Shown here piece by piece: positions 53,001-64,000 of a DNA stretch of 64,000 bases. The position numbers and the translations under genes are program-made. Position 1 is the first letter of the stretch, and the number at the start of each line of letters is the position of its first letter. The stretch is from Lingula anatina (Eukaryota; Animalia; Brachiopoda), in NCBI GenBank assembly GCA_051362555.1, contig CM120642.1, forward strand, positions 25,234,001 to 25,298,000, written 5' to 3'. Below the pieces are notes generated by a model. That model did no database searches, had not been told where the DNA came from, and saw nothing but the letters and a program-made list of their open reading frames with translations.

Positions 53001-55883
53001 ATTCTGACTGAGTTCTGTTGACCTCTGTTGCAACTTTCCACATTATTATTATTATCATTTTATTATTATTATTAATTTAGTGAATATGTGGTTAAAAAAA
53101 TATTACATTTGATATTAAACCTGTCTAAGGTAACTTTTTTTAGTCACTTAGAAAATGTTATTTTTCACATTAAAGTTTTTTGTTTCCCTAAAGTACATGC
53201 ACTTGAAATCGGACTTTTTTATGTGGTTAATTCAGGAACCTTATTTTGGAAAACTGCTCATATCGCGAGTGATTCTGATGTATTTTGACATATTTTGAAA
53301 TGTTATTGGCAGTAACTAAGTGCTGTGTGTTCATAAAGGACACACATAGAGTTCGAGTGTACTGACTCTGAATGTTACAATAATGTAGTAATGGTAATTT
53401 GTCAACATAGAAAGTTGGATTACTAATATGCCACCAGTGTAGAGCTGATCCAGCTCTGTGTGAAACTGACTTCTTTTCTTGTTGATATTTTAAAGAAGAA
53501 AACATCACAGGAACCCTGTGCCTCTTTTTTTAATATATAGCTTACCAGCCCTTCAGAACACCAGGGCCTACCAGTAGAATCTTCAGAACTAAGCAGAAAC
53601 AGTGGCCATTTACTTACACTATTTTTTGCTCTACTTTTTGTGTGGTCAGAGTTAACATCACAGACTGCAGGATCAGCCTGTTTTTAAAAATATATATCTC
53701 TAAAATATTATTTAAGAACTTAGCATTGTAAAATGTGTGTCAATACCACCAGTGTGCATGGATGTCAAAATGGAGAATTACATTGAGACCAGTGTAAAAA
53801 GTAAAAAAAAACATGGTTCTCTCCTACTTACTGTTCCATCACCACCAGTTCTGCTTCATCTTAATTGAAAGTTATATATGCATTTCTTGTTCATTAGTTG
53901 ACATAGACTTCAAGGCATCCTCAACACTAGACTTTTTCTTTTCATAATACCTTTGCATGTAGAAAAGTTCAGAAATACAAATTAGTATGGGTGTCTTTTC
54001 GCTAACCTCTAAAGATGGAACAAACTAGAGCCACCATTTGGAGAGAAAAAAGTCATGAGAAATAAGCACTGCTAACAAATAAAGGGAAACTAAATTTGAC
54101 TTTTGTGACCTCTGCAAACTGACAACATAATATAGCTATTAGTTTAACTTTTCCTAATCAAACCTGACTGCAGTGTGACACAGCAACTTACATTGTCCAC
54201 CTATAGGCGTGAATTGGTCCTGTGGCCATCTGATATTGACACTGCCCAGTGGTCAATTCACCTGTTCAATATCAGTATCAGCTCCTAGTTTATGTCTATG
54301 GATGTGTTAATGGCAAAGTCAACCTGTCTGTTGTTCCACCAATTCAATATTAGTATCAGATCTCTCTCTAGGCCTTGTTGCCTGCTAATGACAGGAGACA
54401 CTGTGTGCACACTGACTATTACCACCAGGTGGGGTTAGGAGGTATTTGCCCAGGGGGTGATGACATACGGTATTTACTCTGTCTTTTCAAAAGGAAAATA
54501 TATAAAATTTCATAATCACTAAAATTATACTTCTGTGTAGCATTTGTGGTGCTTTTACTGCATAGAATCGAACTATAGAGTAGCTTGCTTTTTAAAAAGA
54601 AATATGACCTAAGAAATACAGTAGCTGGAAAATTCACAATTTTTCCCTGTTTGAAAAGATGGAGTAATTATCGTACTGTTTCCTGTCCCCAGGTTGGCCA
54701 GTGTCCAGGCAGCATTCAAGTGGTCTGTTGACCACACTGCTGCCTTCACTGTTGGTCACCTTTGTTTGTGTTGATAGGTACAGGGGCAGCATAAGGGGCA
54801 GGCATCACAGGTGTTAAGATATAGGTGTATTAACTTTGCACTCCTTATGGGCACATCCTCCACTCCCCAAGTATTTCCCCCTCTCCTTCTAAATATGTGT
54901 GTGAATAGAGGCAGTTCTGTAGTGTGCATATTATTTGGTACCATTTTTGACTCGGTCATATCGTTTTGATGCCTTTTTTTTTTTTTTACTTAGACATATC
55001 CTAGGACCCAAAACGTTGTATGGATATTGTTTTTTAATGTTCATCAAAAAAAAAAAAAAAAAAAGAGCCATCTTTGTCACCTTGGGGTTAGGGCTGGGGT
55101 TAATCATAGTGGGTATGGATGAAGATGGTTAGTCAGACCAGTCCTTACCTGGAGGTTTTTCTCTGGCATTGTGGGCAGAGAATACTCATTGAATTATGTA
55201 TGTGTGATGGTAGAAGTGACTTCAACCATCACATATGGATGTTAGGTCTTGGCTGTATCCGAAAGCTCATGGCTGATAAATCTCCAGAGGACAATTGTTA
55301 GATATGTACTAAGTGGTTTTATGATCATCAGTGACTGCTAAGAGATGATATCCCCTTCATTTGTTGATCAAAATTTATAATGAATTAATTTATGTAAGTG
55401 TATGCATTTTACTATTGAGCAAATTGTCATCTGTGTCTACTGTAAGTAACATTTTTGGTCACCTGTTATAGGACTAAAATTATACCAGGGTTTGAAAAGG
55501 AGTGATGTATTTCTCAACCTACCAATGAATGTATGGGTCAATCCATCTCCAGTAACTTTTAAGAATGGCATTAATATTGACAATGACAGGGTTTAACACA
55601 GTAAAATTACAAGCCATGCAAAAACCAACTTAGGATGACTTTATCATCTGTCGCACAAAAGGTGAAGACGCCTATAGTGAAATTTGAGAAATCTCTCCTC
55701 TTGTTGTTCGTTTACCTGTTAAATGTCAAAGCATGAGATCAGTGGCTTATCCAAAGTCTTTGGAGATCTAGAGGAAATATGACTTGGACAGCCATTGATA
55801 AGTTTGGGAGCACTGACAGGTCTGGTATGCTTGTGTGTACTTGTATGGTCCACTTGAATATTTGACCATCAAATTAAGACTCC

Positions 55884-56013
55884 TATCTTGTAATCACGGT
55901 CCCTGTGCCCTGAATATCCCAAGAATTAATTACAGCTTTGGAATTAACTGGCTCGCGCCGCCAGTAATTACGCCGCGGGATATTCAGAGCACAGGGACCG
56001 TGATTACAAGATA
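55884..56013. mobile_element. Hairpin MITE with 37-bp arms
   Basis: TATCTTGTAATCACGGTCCCTGTGCCCTGAATATCCC / GGGATATTCAGAGCACAGGGACCGTGATTACAAGATA (1 mismatch); TA at both ends is a possible TSD. Confidence 0.8.
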
Positions 56014-57595
56014 CCGCGAATAGAAAATAGATTTTTAGAAAATAGACTTTCCATGTGAACGAAGCCTAAGTCACCTGTGTTAACAGAAATGACCACCAAT
56101 AACTTCAGAGGACGGTCACACCCCCTTGCCATAGTGGCCAGTCTTTAAGCTATTTTATGGGCGTACCTAAATTGTTTTTAAATCAAAACATCTTTCATTA
56201 TACTGATATCTAAACAATTGTTTTATATTGCCATGGAGTGACATTTACCTATGGGGGATAAATTATTGAGGGCAACTTAAGTTTAATTCTGGACAGATGC
56301 CCGAGGGACAAAAAGTAAGAACACTTAACCCAGCCAAATAACTGGAGCTCCTTTGAGGGTGAGGCATAAGATTTCACTAAAGCTGTCATTTTAATGTTTG
56401 TTTTTTGGATGATTGAGAGATGTGGCCCGACATGATTGTTGACGAGGCAAATTTTGAGTAGACAATTGAACAAAAATAGAATTTTTCAAGGTGCAGGTAA
56501 TCAGGGCTGTTAGGCAGTGTACTATTAATTTAATCCATTGTGATCATTGGTGTGATATGTTATGCTGGCGGTCACATTAAATCATTGCACAACAATCACA
56601 AAATACAACAAAAAGAAAAAAAAAATGAAGAGCCTTGAATTGTACTTGTACAGCTTTTCAAAAACCTCTTTCTCTTTAACCTATTATGAGATTTGTTTCC
56701 GAAGCAGTAAATTTTGACCTGTAATTTTTCTTTCTTCTCTTTCCTCTTGTGGTTGGCCAGTGCCCTGATCCATCTGTTAAGTGTTTTGTCTAAATCTTCA
56801 TTCCTAACATTATAACAAGAGCCTGTAATTTTACAAGGAGAGAATAATGTTGGCATGGGAAATAAAATTATCAGACACAATTCCCACAGATATGTCTTGT
56901 TGACAGCTTTTGTTTAGAATTTCGGAAATGAGAGGATATTGTTTCTAGTTGAATGCCAGGATTTGGTTTGATGGTTGGATTTCCAGCCCATTTCGCTAGA
57001 ACAATTACTGCAGATGTTTTTAGGTTTGTACAATCTAAAACAGATCAGTGATGCCAATGCTAAACTTCTGCAGAGAAGCACATAGCTGGAAAGCTCACAT
57101 CTTTACATGTTTTATTTCATATTTTTTTAATGAAGTCGGTCAATGCATGGATTAACAAAACATTTATCTCTTGTAAATGCTTTAGTTCATGGTATGATAT
57201 TGCTGACTATTGAATAAAGAACCTTTTGAGGGTTGGTCAGGTTTAGTTGATGAGAAAAACCATAATTCTATGAATGTTTGTCCCAGTGCTAAGTATGGCA
57301 AGCTGTAATAAATCCAAAAGTAAGATTCTCCATTTCATTCATTTTAAATCTGCCTGTCAAATCCCTTAATCCTTATACTGCTTTAAACAGGGCAAATTCA
57401 GGTGGTCAGTTTGAGGTATTGACCATTGACTATTGTCCAGCTACCTGGCTCAGAGACTTAAAGTTTGACACCTCAGTGGGTCATCCATGTTGAGTGGCCA
57501 GTTCAGGACAGTTGACAGGTACAGATCTCGGTCCACTTTAAGATTAACTGTACTCATGTATTGATGTCCTTTACTTGAGCCAATCAGCCAGTCAT

Positions 57596-57622
57596 AGGTA
57601 TGGTATGGTATGGTATGGTATG
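57596..57622. repeat. (TGGTA)n microsatellite
   Basis: Directly visible. Confidence 0.9.
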
Positions 57623-60600
57623 TCTGAGATGTCCTGCAAGGTGAGAATTACCTATACCTGGCCTTGCGGGGCGTCTCAGTCACAGGTAATTCTCATCGCG
57701 GCATTTCAGTCTGGTTTTAAATTTTCCCACAAAGTCACAAATTACTGTTTGGTACATGAAAAGTGAATTTGGTGAGATAAATAGCCATGTGATACTTGTA
57801 TGCCATTACAAGTCACATACTTCATGCAATATAATCCTTGTACAATGTCTATTTTATGTGGTTTAGTCAGTAAAAACATTATTATAGATGTCACACAAAT
57901 AAAAGCTCGGATTTGCCAACAAATATACATGTAGTAATTTTTATTTTTGCACAAAGAGAACTAACTATAAGAGCTATTATCTTCAGAAAAAGTATATTTT
58001 GTTAATCATATAACAGTGTCTGAAGTTATGAATTATTGAAGTAACAAATGAGATCAAATCAGATAATTAAACCAAGTTAACAAGAAGTTTGCCAGGAATG
58101 CAGTAAATTATGGTCACCGAAATTAATTGAAGATTGGTATGATTTCCTGAGAGGCCCTAATCTCACTATTGCATGCTACACAATAAAAAGACCACAAGAG
58201 CCTTCCACATAGGCATAAGGGGCAAAACAAATTAAGAGGGAGCCAGAATCAGCACTTAACTCCAAAAATATTAAATCTCTGATGTTTTATCCAATATCTC
58301 ATAGCTATGGATTTAACTAGCTGCCACATTGATTTTCTCCCACCTGTAGTTCATATTAATCAATGAAGGGTGGTTAAAGTGTGTGTTGTGTGGGACCTTT
58401 ATTTGTGAGTTTGCCCCAGGAAACGTGCTTCCATAGGTGTTATAGACTTGCACTTGTTGCCTCCTCCCCTCCCCCCCATCCCCAACACCCCCCCCCCCCC
58501 CCGACCCCGACCCACACTCACATGTCCATGCCCTGTTTTCAAGTACAGCTTTTTTTGTATTTCTCTTTTCTGTTTGTTGACTAAAGTCTTTGCCAATAGA
58601 GTGAGATTTTTTGTTTAATAAACTCGCCATTTGTTCTCCTTTTCTCTCTTTTAAGTGACAGAAGATTAGAAACTAATCATGTGCATTTGAGCATTCTAAG
58701 ATTTCTGAAGAAAGGTTTCACTTTTAATGGTTTGACAAGCATGGTGCTCATAATGCTTAGAACTCATTTTGTTCTCTAATAAATGAGGAAACACCTACAC
58801 AAATTACTTCTAACAATACATGCCCCTTATTGTGGCCCATACCCATACTTATACTTCCAATGCACTGGTATAAGCATACCACAATTTGTTCAAAGCACTA
58901 AATGGCAGAAAAAAGCTGTTCAACTGATGGTGAATAATACTCAATCATCAATCCATTACTATCTTAATATATTTGAAAAGTGCTCCTTATTTTTCCGTTC
59001 CTATAATATAATACCAACTATATTTCCATTTCTATAATATTAAACCAACTACACAGTCCCATATTAAGTAAACACATCAGTGGCCCAAGGCTTAATAATG
59101 CATGTGCCCACATTATTACAAATAAACTTGAATTTTTCATGTCAAGTATGAATAAAAAGGTTTAGCCTAGCCTTTCTCTGTGGTCCACTTACTTTGCTTC
59201 TGCTCAGGTTTTACTGTACATGTATAGTACCTGTATCACCAAGTCCCTGTTGGTTCAATTCCCTGTCCAACTTTGCTGTGCACACAAGTTTTTCACCTGC
59301 TAAAACCCCGTTGCAGTCATCTTGTACAAACAGAGCAACCAATTGCAGCATGAAATGACTGTTTGCTTTATTTGCATGTCAATCCCTTGAAAGGAGAAAG
59401 GCCGTCTGCCGTTCAATACTTCAATCATGTGACCTCTGTGCCAGCGTCTCCTGTTGTCATTATATCTGAGGAGGCGGGGATTTGTTTGTGTAAGGAGCCA
59501 GGTACTCAGCAAGGAAGCTCTCTTTCAGGATTATTAATGGAGGAAAAATGTGTGATATTCACCCTCTTGCTGAGGAAAAATATTATTGGATTATTTTATT
59601 GTGTGAGGTTGTAAGGAATTTAATTAAATTTGATATGTTGGTAAGGTATTGATGTGCCTTAATAAAGATCAGTAGCTTGGACATCCCAGGGCGAAAAATT
59701 GAAATATTATCCCAAAACGCTGTTTCAGTTTTGATAAAGATTGATTCCACTTTCTCACTTTGTATATGGTATAATTCTTGTACCTTTTTTTTTACCCCAT
59801 GTTTAGGTTGGATAGTTGAGTCAAAAAATTGATTTTCGTTTCAATTATTCGGTATCTGATACCCTTTGTGGCATACACATATTGTGCCTATTCCCTGCAG
59901 ACGGGTATGGTCTTGAGAGTACAATTTAATGTCTTGTTGTCTACTAAATTGTTATTTCAAGAGGGACCGTTATTATATTAGCCATTGACAAAGGGAATTA
60001 TTTTCAGTAAAGGAGTCTGCAGTGATATACAGCAGTCATAATTGTCTGGAACAGAATGATAAAATTATCCTCTTTCAATAAATCTAGCTGTGGTCTGGCA
60101 CAGTTGGTAATGCTGATGAAAGATCCTGCAGTTGTAAATCAGACATGGAAATGGGGTTTAGTGATTCAGTAAATTTGGGAAATTGGATGCTGTCCAGCTG
60201 TCAGATTTTCTATTAAAACATCTCCGAACAGGCCATGTAACTTAAATGTTAAAATCATTGAAGTTATGATGCAATATGGTGGCAAATTCATTTGGTTTAA
60301 CATCCACAGAATTCGCTCAAATTTTAGAGACTTCGGATGACATAATTGCTAAAATTCAATTGATTTACAAGTCAAATTAAATTTTCATTGTCAAGTGAGG
60401 AAACAACTGGTATCAATCTCATAAGATTATGCAGTATGATATTAATTGACATGCTAAAATGTGTCATGGATTTCTGTACACAATGGCGACACTCGCTACA
60501 ATTCCTATTGTTTCCGAGTATTCAGTGTGACAAGCAGATGTATGGGTTTTATGACAAGGACATACCTGACGCGTGACTCTTTCTCTTCCTTTAATTAGAC

Positions 60601-63600
60601 CCCTCCAGCTGAGTGTGGCACCAAAGCCAGATGGTGCCACACTAGTAATGACTTATTGTTTAGAAATTGATGTGAAACACAGAGATCGTAAAGTCGCACA
60701 TGTGTACACATGAGATAATACATCACAGGGTCTTTTTCCAGTTTTTTTTTTTCTCACTCGTGCTTTTCAAAGGTGATTTGTTAAAAATATGTTTTTTTTT
60801 TTTGATAAACATACAAGTGTAGGCCTAAAAGAAAATGCAGAATTATGTTTAAAATTTTTTTCTTTCATGTAATTAACACCATTTATAAAGGAACCGGAGA
60901 TGGATGATGATCAGGGAAATCATCTAAACTTTATAAATATCATACAGACAGATTTTTAAATCATTGGATTTTACAGAAAGAGGTTTCAAGCAGCAAAGTA
61001 ATAGAACACTCTTTTAAATTATGGAATACAATTTAATTTACATATTTTATTGAAATTGTGATTAAGGTCATTAAAGAATAATTTCCATTTAGAATGACTA
61101 CTGATGACTTATTGTAGTAATACATGCTCTTTTTACCTTTTTAGCTGAATTTGGTAAAATGGGTACAGATCTGATAAGTAATACAGTGCTGTATTTTTGG
61201 TAAATCAGTATAAGAGAACCTATCAAGTATGGCTGAAATGCAAATGGACATCCTTTGTGGACAATCAAGTAAAGATGACTTCAACTTATAACATACTAAT
61301 TTAAGCAGACTCGTCTCCACTGGGATCTCGGCATCCGAGTGTCTTCAGAATGTCATTATGGGCTATCATGGGGGTTTACGCAGTGGATTATCAGCTAATT
61401 CTATTGGAGTCACTGGGTCTTCTTAATGAGTAATTTCTTGCCCATTTGGAGTGCAGATCTCCTGATGTGGTTGGTTGTGTGTGAGATAAAGGATGGAAAA
61501 GGAGGTGAAAAGAAGAGAAATGGGGAAAATCGATAGCGGCTTATTTTCTGAATTTAATTGCATCTTGTCTTGTGTATTTTTTCCCTCTTTTTACCTTTGA
61601 TATGAAGAATTACTGAAAAATTGTAATTTTTATTAAATTTATGTGTTAGGTATTTAGTAATGATGATAATTGTTGAAAAAATGATGAATTGAAACTATTG
61701 GTGGTTTATAAGAACGGCTCTTGTTACATGAATTTTTATTAAACTTATTCCATTACAACATGCAAGCTGTATATTCCCTTCCAGTAAATGTCCTTAGCCT
61801 ATAGGCGTGAGAATTTTCCCCAGTTATTTCTACCTTTTTAAAGGTAAAAAGGGTCAAAGCAGGTTGAACAGAAGTGTGGGGAGCCTTTCTAATTCTTTTT
61901 CACGACTCTGCTTTGCAAACTGATTGTTGAAGATCAAAACTTACTGGATATTGCCACTTGAATTACTTTGTTGGATGGTGTTTTTTGGTATTCTTAAGAT
62001 CAAAATTAAATCCACAACCAGATATTTATTGTTAATTTTCCAACTACGTTGACAGACAGTGTTGTATTGAAAAGTGTCTTTGCTATTCCCATGCCCATTT
62101 CTGAAGGCAAAGATGAAGTTTCCCTTGACATTTAAATAATTATATTTGTAACTCATTTTAATGGAAGCCACTGCTTAATCAAGAGGCAATTGGTTCCGAT
62201 TAACCTTTAGAAAAATCACTTACCTGGTTTTCCTTTAGTTAGTCCTCTCCAAAAGAATGAAATCCATGTTTCTATTTAAGGTGCAAATTCTCTAAAGGTA
62301 ATTGGGTTGTTTCCCAAGGCCTGTTTGAATTTAAAATGATGTGAACATTTGGCTTGTTTGATCATAATAAAACTGCAATAGGAGAAAGCTGTACTTCTAT
62401 TAACTTACACTCGATGTACACTTTTCTCCCTAAATTGCTGTTATTATAGACCTAGTGTTCTCGCTATTTCTTCTCTTTATGTTTTCTGAACGGTTTCTGG
62501 GCTTCAATTGGAATGCCGAATATAGATAAACAGAGTCATTGTGGACTTCAGTATTTGTGCTAAGGACTGTGAAATTTATTTATATTGTCCAAGAGTATTA
62601 GAGAAACAGGTAGGATATATACTGTTTGCTGAGTGCATGATGCAGAAAGGTATTTCCTGAAGCGGAGATTCAGTGACTTGAGCAAAATGGAATTTTTCTT
62701 ATCTAATTGTATGTACTGGTACATCAGTAAAAATCTTAATTGAGAATAAAGAAGCATTACCTCCCTGCGTTTGCATTGTGGATCTATGAACACTACAGTT
62801 TGAAATACAGCCTGTTCTTTTCACTATCAATGGCTTTTGCCTAGTTTATGTTTGTCTGCTTGTAATGTTGTATGAAAAGCCTTTCTTTTTGAAAAAAAAA
62901 AGAAGCAACAAATTAAGTTTATCAAAATAATCATGTTTTTAAGCCAACACCTGGTATAACATACAAATATAATAGTGCAGGCTGGTAAGAATACCCTCCT
63001 GCTATGAAAGAGAATTCAAAATGTTATCTAATTATTTGTTTTAGATATATATCTTACGGCTTTCCTAATAATGCAATTACTTAAAATACTAAGACAAATG
63101 ATATTATGTTTTCCCAAGATCAAACATTCAGAAATCTCTAATTTTGCTTGATTTTTGGACAGGCTTAAAGATGATGAGCAAACATGAAACAAAATCAAAA
63201 AATAAAAGCATAATGTTGCAGAAACATCCCCCCCCCCCCCCCCCCTGGGAGTTAAAATAAATCTACACTGAGTAAGTCTAGCTGCGTTTATATCAAACAC
63301 TGTGTCTGACCTTTTGTTTTTTTGGGTTTTTTTTCTTGGTGTGAAATATGGTGTGAAACCACCTTGGACAGTCCTAGCAGGAAACAAGAAACAGCTTGTT
63401 AGGCCCCATTCCAATACACACAAACGGTCCACTGGATCGACCCAACTCTGCGGGTCTCTTGCTGACTGCAGTTAGCTTCACTAAATGACACGCCTCCTCC
63501 TGGCATTATGTAGAATGCAGAAAAGCTGGTGTTAATTGAAGTACATTGAAAACAAGAGGAGGCGTGGCATTCAGTTAAGCTGATTGCACTTTGCTAGAAA

Positions 63601-64000
63601 CCCCACAGAGTTAGGTCAATCTACTTAGACCGATAGGTGTCTTTGGGAATGGAGTCTTGGGCTCTGTAATAGTTTGCCTTCATCAAACTCAAAAACTTTT
63701 GACTTTGCTATGCAGGGAGGGATATGTAGGAAGTTAAAAGTACATTCTGTGCAATGATTTATAAACCAACTGACCTACAACTTTTACCTGTAGGAATATT
63801 TTGACATTTTCTTGGCCTTAGTTATTAACAAAATGAAGAACACATGGCAAAACTCAAATAAAATCCCTGTTATTAATTTGTGCATTTTCCTTCTTTTTCT
63901 TCCCTCCCCCCTCTCTCTCTCTCCCTCCCTCCCTCCCTCCCTGAAAGCAGTAGTATGGATTTAGTCTGCAATTGAGTTTATTTTCACTATCTTAAATAAC

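Noticed and set aside
44180-63432. Many 60-134 aa ORFs
   Set aside because: Low-complexity or random composition; none resembles YIPF5 transmembrane exons or another family I recognise.

Overview
AT-rich eukaryotic DNA with spliceosomal introns, probably from an invertebrate animal (the taxon cannot be fixed from sequence alone). 1-21 kb: a tandem array of four intact 3-exon genes (unit about 5.4-5.7 kb), each encoding a secreted 246-aa PAN/Apple + jacalin-like lectin, alternating with three opposite-strand fibrinogen-domain (FReD) pseudogenes. 21-31 kb: an accessory region with an 866-bp non-autonomous PIF/Harbinger element, a TATA-led array of repeated non-coding exon/short-intron units, and an orphan frameshifted TDP-43 (TARDBP) exon that retains its splice sites. 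32-37 kb: RPL9 (minus) head-to-head with YIPF5 (plus) across a compact bidirectional promoter, with candidate structured RNAs in RPL9 introns. 37-64 kb: apparently one very long YIPF5 intron holding a nested antisense 831-aa LRR-Ig-TM (Kekkon-like) gene, a solo LTR, a SINE, MITEs and microsatellites. All calls are from manual reading and translation; no database searches were run.
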